64,000 nucleotides of DNA, taken from positions 583 through 64,582 of the forward strand of contig CAZUOJ010000005.1 of assembly GCA_964622325.1 (NCBI GenBank). The letters are read 5' to 3'. The stretch is from an uncultured Armatimonadia bacterium (GTDB lineage: Bacteria; Armatimonadota; Zipacnadia; Zipacnadales; UBA11051). Positions 44,989 through 54,442 of this stretch are shown piece by piece; the first letter of the stretch is position 1, and the number at the start of each line of letters is the position of its first letter. The notes below the pieces were generated by a model. It had not been told where the DNA came from. It saw nothing but the letters and a program-made list of their open reading frames with translations, and made no database searches. Both the position numbers and the translations under genes were made by a program.

Positions 44989-45477
44989 ATGGCGCTCGTG
45001 GGCATTGTAATGGGCAGCGATTCAGATGCGGCCGTGATGAAGGAGGCGGCCAACATTTTGCGGGAATTGGGCATCAGCTATGAGGCGACAGTGGCGTCAG
45101 CCCATCGCACGCCGGAACGCGCCGCCGAATGGGCGCGGACGGCGGCGGAGCGCGGCGTGAAAGTCATTATCGCCGGCGCGGGCCAGGCTGCACATTTGCC
45201 GGGCGTTCTGGCCGCCTACACGACATTGCCGATCATTGGCGTGCCCATTAATGCGAGCCCTTTGCAAGGCGTGGACGCGCTTTATGCGATTGTGCAAATG
45301 CCATCGGGCGTGCCTGTTGCTACTGTGGGCATTAACAATGCGCGCAATGCGGGCCTATTGGCGGCGGAGATTTTAGCGTTGCAGGACGAGGCCCTGGCGC
45401 AGCGACTGCGTGATTTGCGCGCCCAAATGGCGGCGCAAGTGGCGGCAAAGGCCGAAAAAGTGGCGCAAGAGCTTTAG
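44989..45477 (+). CDS. purE: N5-carboxyaminoimidazole ribonucleotide mutase
   Basis: IVMGSDSD, SAHRTP, AGAGQAAHLPG and VQMPSGVPVATV. Confidence 0.97.
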   Translation: MALVGIVMGSDSDAAVMKEAANILRELGISYEATVASAHRTPERAAEWARTAAERGVKVIIAGAGQAAHLPGVLAAYTTLPIIGVPINASPLQGVDALYAIVQMPSGVPVATVGINNARNAGLLAAEILALQDEALAQRLRDLRAQMAAQVAAKAEKVAQEL

Positions 45478-45526
45478 AGCCCGGGCGAAAACGTACACAA
45501 TGTAGCCCCCTGAAGAGGGCAAAAAG

Positions 45527-47005
45527 ATGGATCATTGGGCAGCCACATACAGCGAGATGAGCATTGAGGCGGACTCCCCGGAGGCGGATTTCTGGCGCGA
45601 TAGCTGCGGCGTCTTTGGCATTTATGCGCCGGGGGAGGATGTCGCCAATTATACCTTTTTTGCCTTATATGCGCTGCAGCATCGCGGCCAGGAGGGCGCG
45701 GGCATTGCCGTGTGGGACGGCAAACAATTGCGCCATCATCGGGGGCTGGGCCTGGCGGCGCAAGTCTTTAATGAGCAAATCCTGCGCAGCATGCGCGGGG
45801 ACATTGCGCTCGGGCATGTCCGCTATTCCACAACGGGCAGCAATACGCTTGTCAATACACAGCCCATTGTGGGGGAGGGCAAATGGGGGCCTTTTGCGGT
45901 CGCTCATAACGGCAATCTGATTAACACGCGGGCGCTGCGGGCGGATTTGGAGGCGCGCGGCGTGCAATTTTCCGCCACAAGCGATACAGAAGTCATTGTG
46001 CGGCTGATTGAAGCCATGAATGCCGACACGATTGAGGAGGCGGTGGCGGCCGCGATGCAGCATATGCGCGGCGCCTATTCATTGGGGATTTTGGCGCCCG
46101 GGAAGCTTTTGGCGGTCCGCGATCCGCATGGCGTGCGGCCCCTGGCGATTGGACAGCTCAATAGCCTGGGCTATGTTCTGGCTTCGGAAACATGCGCTTT
46201 CCATGTCATTGGGGCGGATTTTGTCCGGGAAGTGCAGCCGGGCGAAATTGTCACAGTGGGGCCCCAGGGCTTGACGGCGTTCCAGGCCGTGGAGCCCGGC
46301 CGCAAAGCCTGCTGCATCTTTGAATTCATCTATTTTGCCCGCCCGGACAGCCACATTTATGGCAAATCCATTTATATGGCGCGCTTGCGCATGGGACATT
46401 TGCTGGCACAGCAGGCGCCGGCAGAGGCGGATCTAGTGATTCCGGTGCCCGAAAGCGCCCTGCCGCACGCAATGGGCTATGCACAAGTTTCTCACATCCC
46501 CTACGGCGAAGGCCTGATCAAAAATCGCTACATCTTCCGGACTTTTATTGCGCCGGATCAGCGGCTGCGGGAGCTGGGCGTTAAAATGAAGCTCTCGCCT
46601 TTGCGCGAAAATCTGGCGGGGCGGCGTATTGTAGTTGTGGATGACAGCATTGTACGCGGCACGACGACGAAGCCGGAAGTGGAGCTCTTGCGCGAAGCCG
46701 GCGCCCGTGAAATTCATCTGCGCATCAGTTCCCCGCCAATTAAATATCCGTGTTTTTATGGGATTGACACTTCAGCGGGCCGCAAGGAGCTTATCGCCGC
46801 GCGGATGAGCGTGCCCGAAATTCGGGACTTTTTGAACGCCGATTCGCTGGAATATCTGAGCCTGAAAAATCTTATCAAAGCAGTGGGCTTGCCCAAAACA
46901 AACTTTTGCACAGCCTGCTTTGATCGGCATTATCCTATTCCCGTGCCACGGGAATTGAAAGCGACAAAATTCGCTTTGGAAACGCCCGCTTCGGCCGCCC
47001 GCTAA
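45527..47005 (+). CDS. purF: Amidophosphoribosyltransferase (Fe-S-containing, propeptide type)
   Basis: CGVFG after a short propeptide, LQHRGQE, HVRYST, HNGNL, CIFEFIYFARPDS, VVDDSIVRGTT, and Cys ligands CFYGID and CTAC. Confidence 0.97.
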   Translation: MDHWAATYSEMSIEADSPEADFWRDSCGVFGIYAPGEDVANYTFFALYALQHRGQEGAGIAVWDGKQLRHHRGLGLAAQVFNEQILRSMRGDIALGHVRYSTTGSNTLVNTQPIVGEGKWGPFAVAHNGNLINTRALRADLEARGVQFSATSDTEVIVRLIEAMNADTIEEAVAAAMQHMRGAYSLGILAPGKLLAVRDPHGVRPLAIGQLNSLGYVLASETCAFHVIGADFVREVQPGEIVTVGPQGLTAFQAVEPGRKACCIFEFIYFARPDSHIYGKSIYMARLRMGHLLAQQAPAEADLVIPVPESALPHAMGYAQVSHIPYGEGLIKNRYIFRTFIAPDQRLRELGVKMKLSPLRENLAGRRIVVVDDSIVRGTTTKPEVELLREAGAREIHLRISSPPIKYPCFYGIDTSAGRKELIAARMSVPEIRDFLNADSLEYLSLKNLIKAVGLPKTNFCTACFDRHYPIPVPRELKATKFALETPASAAR

Positions 47006-47078
47006 TTTTTCTTTGCCCGTTGCCCCAAGCCGGATCCCCTCAGGCTGCAGCAATAGCCGTGAGAAATCCGTTGTATCC

Positions 47079-48137
47079 CTAAAATGTCATTGTGATTTTG
47101 CGCAGGCCGCGAGGCTTGTCGGGATCCAGATCCTTGTGGACAGCGAGATAATAGGCGAAAAGCTGTCCTGCCACTGCCAGAGCCATCGGCGACCAGAAAG
47201 AGCGGCCCAGGGGCGGCATTTTCATCGGCACGCGCGCCAAAGACAGCGCATCGTCATCATCCGAAAAAATGATCATCTCGCCCTCGCGGGCTTTGACGGC
47301 TTCGCCCACTTCCAGCATGGAGCCGAGCGCCGGGCCCTGCGGCGCAAACAGAAACACAGGATCCCCGGGCTCCAACGCCGCGATTGGCCCATGCAAATAA
47401 TCCGCCGCGCTCCACGCTTCGGCTGTTACGGCACAACATTCCTGCAGCTTCAAGCCGACTTCCTGGGCTGTCGCAAAATTCACGCCCCGCCCCAATAAAG
47501 TGCATTTTTCCATATAACGATAGCGTTCACTGCGGCTGACAATCCACGGCTCTAAATCGGCCAGCACTTGCTCAATCACATCTGGCACATGCCCAATGGC
47601 TTCCAGCATATCTTTGCGTTCCGCCCAATGCGCCGCCAGCAAATACAGCACGGCTAATGTTGTCGTATATGTTTTCGTGGCCGCGATAGCCTTCTCTTCC
47701 TGAGCATGTGTCAAGAGAACATTTTCTGACGCCTGTACAATCGGCGATTCGGCTGTGTTCGTAATCGCCAATGTCATGGCGCCGCGCTGCCGGGCATGCT
47801 GCAGGACTTCAATCACATCTGTCGCCTTGCCCGATTGGGAAATGCCCATCACAAGCACATCCTCAAAACGTAGCGGGCTTTCATATAGCGTCAACAACGA
47901 GGGCGCAGCCGGCGCTACAATCAAGCCATTTACAGCGCCCAGCAAATAACGTAAATAAGTGCCAGCCGCGTCAGAAGTCCCCCGGGCCGCTAACAGCACA
48001 AGCCGCGGCTGTTGGGCGCGCAGATCCGCAGCTACAGCAGCAATATGAGCCTGCTCACGGGCGATTGTCTCCCGAATCGCCTGTGGCTGCTCGTGGATTT
48101 CCCGCAGCATATGATGCGCATATTCGCGTGCGGACAT
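47079..48137 (-). CDS. Double-SIS-domain sugar-phosphate isomerase/deaminase (GlmS C-terminal-like, no glutaminase domain)
   Basis: MLREIHEQP, ARGTS, GISQSG, ATKTY, LKLQE and C-terminal DPDKPRGLRKIT. Confidence 0.85.
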   Translation of the reverse strand: MSAREYAHHMLREIHEQPQAIRETIAREQAHIAAVAADLRAQQPRLVLLAARGTSDAAGTYLRYLLGAVNGLIVAPAAPSLLTLYESPLRFEDVLVMGISQSGKATDVIEVLQHARQRGAMTLAITNTAESPIVQASENVLLTHAQEEKAIAATKTYTTTLAVLYLLAAHWAERKDMLEAIGHVPDVIEQVLADLEPWIVSRSERYRYMEKCTLLGRGVNFATAQEVGLKLQECCAVTAEAWSAADYLHGPIAALEPGDPVFLFAPQGPALGSMLEVGEAVKAREGEMIIFSDDDDALSLARVPMKMPPLGRSFWSPMALAVAGQLFAYYLAVHKDLDPDKPRGLRKITMTF

Positions 48138-48334
48138 TTATCCACTTCCTCCCCTGTGTGATGGCCGTGATATCTGCTCACATCACATTTAATTTATCCT
48201 TCTTGCTCCTTTCTGTAAAGAGAAAAGCTTTTGGCTTCACTGAGCAAGAAAAGATTTACAGGAACGTCGCGAGGCTCCCGGCGTAAAGCTTCAAATCTTT
48301 CGCCCAGGAATTATAATTTCTGCCGCAGGCCTTT

Positions 48335-49189
48335 TCAGGGGGCAGCCGCCTTCCGTTCGCGCAGCCATAAATATCCCCGCGCCAAAGCATAGCTGCTGGC
48401 CGAAAGCAGCGCCGCCATCGCGCTGACGGAAAAGCGCGCATAAAAAGAAATCAGTAGAGCCAGCAGCCCGGATAGCAAGGCCACACAAAATGCATAGCAA
48501 ACAACGCGGCGCGCAGAATGGGCAATCAATTTGGCTGTAGCCGCCGGCGCCACCAGCATAGCAAAGACAACAATCGCGCCCACGCTTTTAAGCAACACAG
48601 CCGTAGATAAGCCCATGAGGGCAAACAGAAGATAATTGTAGCTGGAGGCGCGCAGGCCAAAGGCCTGCGCGCCTTCCAAATCAAAGGAAATAAACACAAA
48701 GGGATTCCAGAAAGCGACAAAGCAAAACGCGACAAATGCCGTGCCCAGCCCCAGGAGCCATAAATCCTGCTGAGTCAGCAAAAGCAGATCTCCCAGCAAA
48801 ATGCCCCAGACGCGCGCGGCGGATTCGGGAATCAGCGAAATCAGCAAGACAGCCAGCGCCATCGCGAAAGCAAAGCCCACGCCAATCAAAACATCTGTTT
48901 CGCGCTGGCTGGAGCGTTCGGCACCTACAGCGGCCCACAGGGCAAGGCCAACAGCGGCAGCGGCGCCTCCTAATATGGGGCTGAAATCAAAGGCGGCGAG
49001 CGGGCCCCCAATCACTAACATCAGGGCTGCGCCCGCCAAAGCCGCATGTGCTGCCCCAGAGATCAAAAAGGCCGCCCCCCGAAATGTCGCAAAAGCGCCC
49101 GTTAATGCGGCATGGACAGCGATGAACACAATGCCCAACAGGGCGCGTCCGACAAAAGGCGAGCTTAGATAGTCTGCCAGCTCAGCCAT
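48335..49189 (-). CDS. Zn/Mn ABC transporter permease (ABC-3 family)
   Basis: GAAHAALAG, WGILLGDLL, FDLEGAQAFG and VGAIVVFAMLVAPAATA. Confidence 0.88.
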   Translation of the reverse strand: MAELADYLSSPFVGRALLGIVFIAVHAALTGAFATFRGAAFLISGAAHAALAGAALMLVIGGPLAAFDFSPILGGAAAAVGLALWAAVGAERSSQRETDVLIGVGFAFAMALAVLLISLIPESAARVWGILLGDLLLLTQQDLWLLGLGTAFVAFCFVAFWNPFVFISFDLEGAQAFGLRASSYNYLLFALMGLSTAVLLKSVGAIVVFAMLVAPAATAKLIAHSARRVVCYAFCVALLSGLLALLISFYARFSVSAMAALLSASSYALARGYLWLRERKAAAP

Positions 49190-49988
49190 GTTGCGTTTCC
49201 GTTAAGGGATGCAAATAGCCTTCCTCACACACAAGAATCGGCACAGCGCGGCCATAGGCTTCCTGCAAAAGATCCGGCCTCAACACATCCGCCGGCGTGC
49301 CAAAAGCAATCATGCGTGTATTGAGCAATAAAATGCGATCCAGCGAATGCACAAGCGGATTAATATCATGCACGACAGTCAGCACTGTTACGCCTTTATC
49401 CCGTGTCAGCCATTGCAGCAGACTCAGAATTGTTTGCGAGCTGCGCGCATCTACAGCCGCAAAGGGCTCATCCGCCACGAGCACAACAGGATCCACAACA
49501 AGGGCGCGGGCAATGAGAGCGCGCTGCTGTTGTCCTCCGCTTAAAACGGCGAAAGGACGAGAGGCTAAATCGGACAATTCCACAAGCTCCAGCGCCCGAT
49601 GGATGCGGCGGCGGATTTCAGCTCCGCTCAGCTGCCCGGCATAGCGACAGGCTGCCGCCATCCCCACAACATCGCGCACACGGACAGGCATGGCCTGATT
49701 CACAGTGCGATGTTGCGGGACATAGCCAATCCGATGATGGATATGACTCCGTGGGCTAAAGGGCGGCTGGCCCTCCACTAAAATTTCTCCCTGTGTGGGC
49801 CGCAAAACGCCCAGCAACAATTTTACAAATGTTGTTTTGCCGGCGCCATTAGGGCCAATGACAGCCACAAATTGCCCGCGTTGGATGGATAACGTCACAT
49901 CCTGCAAAGCCAATGTGGGCGGCTGAGGATATACATATCCGAGCGCATGCGCCACAATGATATCTTCTTCCGCGCTTGTCTGCGGCAT
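49182..49988 (-). CDS. Zn/Mn ABC transporter ATP-binding protein
   Basis: GPNGAGKTT, IGYVPQ, LSGGQQQRALIARAL and VVHDIN. Start taken at ATG 49988; TTG 49997 is also possible. Confidence 0.9.
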   Translation of the reverse strand: MPQTSAEEDIIVAHALGYVYPQPPTLALQDVTLSIQRGQFVAVIGPNGAGKTTFVKLLLGVLRPTQGEILVEGQPPFSPRSHIHHRIGYVPQHRTVNQAMPVRVRDVVGMAAACRYAGQLSGAEIRRRIHRALELVELSDLASRPFAVLSGGQQQRALIARALVVDPVVLVADEPFAAVDARSSQTILSLLQWLTRDKGVTVLTVVHDINPLVHSLDRILLLNTRMIAFGTPADVLRPDLLQEAYGRAVPILVCEEGYLHPLTETQHG

Positions 49989-50050
49989 CTTTGCCAATCC
50001 TATTTATTTCCTTGTCGGGATAATGTTGTCCATGAAAAGCTTTTGATATC

Positions 50051-50956
50051 TTAATCTTCTCTTGTGGGGGAGATGTACAGTCGCTGCTTTTTGCGCTTTA
50101 TCCAGAAAAGGACAATCGCCAGCGGCGCCCACACAATCGCTCCCGGCAAGGCAATGTAAATGATGGCCACAACAATGTGACGCAGGCCGTTCAAAAGCGC
50201 CCGCCAGGCCTTCTGCAAATGATAGCCCAGATTCCAGGGCCCCAGCGGCCCCACGCCGGCCGGAATTATCTCCTCTAATTGTATCGTGAGCGTCGCCAGC
50301 GTCACGCGATCCCGCAAAAAGCGCAGCTCGCCTTCAGCCTGTTCTATTTGCTCCCGCACTTCCCATAGTCTCTTTTCCACAGCCAGCAAATCCGCTAGGC
50401 GCGCCTGCTTTTGCATTAATTGCAAAAGCGCCTGCTCTTCGGCGCGGCGGACTTTCAGACGCGCCTGCAAATCCTGCCACTGCTTTGTGACATCTTCTCT
50501 TTCGACAAGATCATGCGTGACATCGCCCAATTCTTTTGCGCCTGTATGCAATTTTTCGAATTGATCCGCCGGCACACGAATGCGCACATCCGCCCGCCGC
50601 CATTGCTCCCCTGCAACGACGCTTTTATGCGCAAAGAAGCCATCTGTTTGCTGCACAAGCTGATGCAAGGCCGCTAAAGCCTCATCCAGATTTTTGACAC
50701 GAATGGACATTTCGCCATTTGTGATAATTTTGCGTCCAGCAGCGGGAGAGGCTGTATCGCTTGAGGCCACAGTCTCCTCGCTCCCTGCTTGTTTGTCGCT
50801 TTCAGCGGGAGCAGCAGCAAGAAAAGCGCGTTCCTTAAATTCGGGTCGGGAGGCCGCTTGTCCCCCCAGCCTTCCCATAAGCGGAATAAACAATAACAAG
50901 AACACAAACAGCCCGAAAACAGCCCCAACGAGCCATAAGATTTTGCGGGATTTCAT
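50051..50956 (-). CDS. DUF4349-domain membrane protein
   Basis: Start at ATG 50956. RKIITNGEMSIRV, IRVPADQF, EDVTKQWQDLQARL, IEQAEGELRFLRDRVTLATLTI, with N- and C-terminal TM segments. Confidence 0.8.
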   Translation of the reverse strand: MKSRKILWLVGAVFGLFVFLLLFIPLMGRLGGQAASRPEFKERAFLAAAPAESDKQAGSEETVASSDTASPAAGRKIITNGEMSIRVKNLDEALAALHQLVQQTDGFFAHKSVVAGEQWRRADVRIRVPADQFEKLHTGAKELGDVTHDLVEREDVTKQWQDLQARLKVRRAEEQALLQLMQKQARLADLLAVEKRLWEVREQIEQAEGELRFLRDRVTLATLTIQLEEIIPAGVGPLGPWNLGYHLQKAWRALLNGLRHIVVAIIYIALPGAIVWAPLAIVLFWIKRKKQRLYISPTRED

Positions 50957-51012
50957 ACGCTGCTCCTCTTCCAACAAGCTTATTAAATTTAATTTATTAG
51001 AGGACAGCACAG

Positions 51013-51747
51013 CTATTTTTCTTCCCGTTGGGACAAAGGCCAAAACGCGCCCACAATTTCCCCAGGATTGTGCTGCGTGAGCTGCGCAAATAATTCGGGC
51101 TGGCGGGAAAGCGCCTTTTGCGCAATGGAGAGCACGGGCGGCCGTCGTGATGTGTCATGCCCGTCGCTGGCCAAAAAATCCACAAAGCCTCGCTGCAGCA
51201 AACGCCAGGCATATCGGCGGCCCAGCCAGCCGCCCCCCAGACTAGAGGCGTTCATCTGCAGGCGATAGCCGCGCGCACGCCATTCTTGTAATATTTGTGG
51301 CTTGGCGCGCAAAAATACAACACGTTCAATATGCGCAATAACAGGAATATAGTTGGCAAGCTGCAGACGAAAGAAAAGCTCCTCATAAAAAGCGGGAGGG
51401 CTGGCCCCGTAAAGCTCCACAAGGACATAAGGGCTTTGGGCGCCTAATGTGAGCACGCGGCCCGCGGAGAGCGCCTCCAATAGCTCAGGCATAGCAGGCA
51501 ATTCCGCTCCGGGCAAAATTTGCAACGGGATATTTTCCGTAGCTAATTTATTGTTAAGCTGCTGCACGAGCGCTTGTATCTGTGCTGGATCCGGATAATC
51601 TAATGTGGGCAACACATGCGGCGTGGCCACAATACAGCGAATGCCATCAGCTGCCGCCCGACGCGCCATCGCTAAAGACTCCTCCCAGTTTGCGGGGCCA
51701 TCATCGATCCCAGGCAAGATATGACAGTGGATGTCTATCATGCTCAT
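51013..51747 (-). CDS. PHP-family tyrosine-protein phosphatase (CpsB/YwqE-like)
   Basis: Start at ATG 51747. IDIHCHILPGIDDG, VATPH, IAHIER and ASDGH. Confidence 0.9.
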   Translation of the reverse strand: MSMIDIHCHILPGIDDGPANWEESLAMARRAAADGIRCIVATPHVLPTLDYPDPAQIQALVQQLNNKLATENIPLQILPGAELPAMPELLEALSAGRVLTLGAQSPYVLVELYGASPPAFYEELFFRLQLANYIPVIAHIERVVFLRAKPQILQEWRARGYRLQMNASSLGGGWLGRRYAWRLLQRGFVDFLASDGHDTSRRPPVLSIAQKALSRQPELFAQLTQHNPGEIVGAFWPLSQREEK

Positions 51748-51911
51748 TCTTGAAAGATTATACGGGGCCAGCAATAAGCCCACAAGCGCCCAGCTTTTAT
51801 CTGTAGCCGTCTTATCTCAAGAAAAAGAAACAATTGTTAATGCTAATAAAATAAAATGTGTCTATCCATTGCTAGATTGTTGTTGCGAAAGCTTAAGCCA
51901 TTTCTTAAAGA

Positions 51912-54278
51912 CTATTTATCGCTGGCAGGGCACACATAGCTGGCAAGAATTTTTTTGACGCCTTGTTTCGGGAAGGCGATTATGAGCTCGGGATCCTCGC
52001 CCGCGCCCACGGAAACAACGACGCCTTGGCCGAATTTGGGATGTGTAACGCGGCTGCCCGCGCGATAGAGACATTTTGTCTGGGAGGGCTGTTTGTGTTC
52101 TATGGGCTGGCGGGGCGTCGTCGCTGAAATTTCTAAAGAAGTGCGGGCGGCACGTCGCGGCGGAGGCGTTTCAGTGGCCGGAGGCGTCACAGACTGCTTC
52201 TCGGCGTGCCTTTCTCGACGCAGCCGCCCCTCGGCTTGCGCCTTACTGATGAGACTGACGATATCAATTTTATGTTGCCGGGATGTCTGGGCGAGCGCTT
52301 CCTCTTCAGGCGGAGGCAGCGGCGGCACAATCAGGGAAATGTCGCCCCGTCGCTCAATCAAATCTTCTGGCAAATCCGCTAAAAATCGTGAGGGGCGTTG
52401 CACTCGCCGGCTGCCAAAAATCATTCGCGAACGCGCATGTGTCAGATACAGCATCCGCTGCGCGCGTGTAATGCCCACATAGCACAGACGCCGCTCTTCC
52501 TCCAATTGAAAAGCATCGCCCATACTGCGCTCATGAGGGAAAATGCCTTCTTCCATCCCCGCCATAAAAACAATGGGAAATTCCAGGCCTTTAGCGCTGT
52601 GCACAGTCAACAAAGACACGCCGCTGCCCAAAGACTCTGCCTGATCGATATCCGAAATAAGCGCCACATGCTCCAAAAAGCTCAGCAAAGAAGGCTCCGG
52701 CTGGCGTTCCGCGAAGCGGGCAGCCACTGTAATCAGTTCCCCCAGATCATCCGCCTTATATTTGTCTTCTGCTTTGGCGGAATTTTGATAATAGGGGAGC
52801 AAGCCTGACAGCTCAAATGTCTGCCGCAAAAGTTCGGGGAGCGGGAGATGATCCACAAGACGGCGTAGCCTGTCCAGCAGCGCCACAAAATCTGCCACGG
52901 CCTCTTTTGCGCGCGGCGAAAGCTCCTCTAGGGTGTGCACACGCCGACATGCTTCTTCCAGCGGAATATCTTCCCGATGCGCCAGCCGATCCAGCGCCGC
53001 TAATGTCTTATCGCCAATGCCGCGCGCCGGCGTATTGATAATGCGCCGCAGGGAGATGCTGTCCGCAGGATTGGCGAGCACACGCAAATACGCCAGCGCA
53101 TCCTTAATCACAGCCCGATCATAAAAGCGCAGCCCCCCCACGACTTCATAGGGCAATCCCGCCTGCAACAGATATTGTTCAAATAGACGCGACATCGCGT
53201 TTGTGCGATACAAAATAGCGTAATCGCCGGGGCGGGCATTGCCGCAGCGCACTTGCGCCGCGATTGTGTTGGCAATCCATTCCGCCTCTTCTTCTTCATT
53301 AATGGCTTGATATACAACGACATTTTCTCCTGGCGGATTCTCCGTCCACAGCCGCTTTTCCGCCCGGGCGGGATTGTGTTTGATGACTTCATAGGCGCAG
53401 GCCAGGATTTTTTGTGTGCTGCGATAATTTTGTTCCAGCTTAATCACACGGGCCTGCGGATAATCCTGCTCAAAAGCCAAAATTATGCCCACATTAGCGC
53501 CCCGCCAGCCATAAATGCTTTGATCATCATCCCCGACAACGCACAGATTGCCGCGCTCGCCCGCCAGCAAGCGTACAAGGCGATATTGGGCGTAATTGAT
53601 GTCCTGATATTCGTCCACAAGAATATAGCGAAAGCGCTCCTGCAGCCGCCGCCGCACCGACGGCTTGCGTTCTAACAGCTCCACTGTTTTCATCAGCAAA
53701 TCATCAAAATCCAGTGCCTGATTTGCCTCCAGGCGCCGCTGATAATGGGCATAGACGCGCTGGGCGATTTCGTCCAGCGGCCCCTTGCGTGTTCGCCGAT
53801 AATTTTGCACATCAACAAGCTCATTTTTGGCGTTGCTGATGCGATTGAGAATTTCTGTAGGAGAATATTTTTCTTCCGCCGGGCTGTCGCCATCCAGCAA
53901 CGACAACGCTTCCTTGACAAGCGCTAATTGATCCGATTCATCATAAATCGTGAAGGTCGGGGGAATGCCAATAGATTCTCCCTCCTGGCGCAATATCCGG
54001 GCGCAAATGGCATGGAATGTTCCCGTCCACAGGCTCTTGGCTTGTTCCCCAATGAGCGCGGCGATGCGCTCTTTGAGCTCGTCGGCGGCTTTATTGGTGA
54101 AAGTCACAGCCAGAATATGATACGGCGGAATGCCGCACTCGCGAATCATATACGCGATGCGATATGTGAGCGTGCGCGTTTTGCCAGAGCCCGCCCCTGC
54201 AAAAATGAGCACAGGCCCTTCTATTGTTTGCACAGCCTCCCGCTGCGGGGGATTGAGATGCGATAATAGCGCTGACAA
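51912..54278 (-). CDS. pcrA: ATP-dependent DNA helicase PcrA/UvrD
   Basis: AGAGSGKT, TFTNKAA, DEYQD, VGDDDQSIYGWRGA, LEQNYRS, EERRLCYVGITRA and a C-terminal Tudor-like HPKFGQG. Start taken at TTG 54278 after GGAGG; the ORF is open to 54386. Confidence 0.95.
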   Translation of the reverse strand: MSALLSHLNPPQREAVQTIEGPVLIFAGAGSGKTRTLTYRIAYMIRECGIPPYHILAVTFTNKAADELKERIAALIGEQAKSLWTGTFHAICARILRQEGESIGIPPTFTIYDESDQLALVKEALSLLDGDSPAEEKYSPTEILNRISNAKNELVDVQNYRRTRKGPLDEIAQRVYAHYQRRLEANQALDFDDLLMKTVELLERKPSVRRRLQERFRYILVDEYQDINYAQYRLVRLLAGERGNLCVVGDDDQSIYGWRGANVGIILAFEQDYPQARVIKLEQNYRSTQKILACAYEVIKHNPARAEKRLWTENPPGENVVVYQAINEEEEAEWIANTIAAQVRCGNARPGDYAILYRTNAMSRLFEQYLLQAGLPYEVVGGLRFYDRAVIKDALAYLRVLANPADSISLRRIINTPARGIGDKTLAALDRLAHREDIPLEEACRRVHTLEELSPRAKEAVADFVALLDRLRRLVDHLPLPELLRQTFELSGLLPYYQNSAKAEDKYKADDLGELITVAARFAERQPEPSLLSFLEHVALISDIDQAESLGSGVSLLTVHSAKGLEFPIVFMAGMEEGIFPHERSMGDAFQLEEERRLCYVGITRAQRMLYLTHARSRMIFGSRRVQRPSRFLADLPEDLIERRGDISLIVPPLPPPEEEALAQTSRQHKIDIVSLISKAQAEGRLRRERHAEKQSVTPPATETPPPRRAARTSLEISATTPRQPIEHKQPSQTKCLYRAGSRVTHPKFGQGVVVSVGAGEDPELIIAFPKQGVKKILASYVCPASDK

Positions 54279-54350
54279 CGACAATCCTCCGTTTTCGTCG
54301 TAACTTTTTAAAGATTTTCCAATCTCTCTCTTTGTCTCTAACGCCGGAGC

Positions 54351-54384
54351 AACAAACAAGCCTGACAGGCCTCGCCTGTTTGTC
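54351..54384 (-). terminator. Possible terminator or alternative hairpin between pyrG and pcrA
   Basis: On the minus strand, ACAGGC-gag-GCCTGT followed by CAGGCTTGTTTGTT. ACAAACA/TGTTTGT can also pair. Confidence 0.35.
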
Positions 54385-54442
54385 AAGGCCTCTTGGGAAG
54401 CTCAAGCAGGCGTTGAGACGAGGGCTGCCTCATTATTTTATT

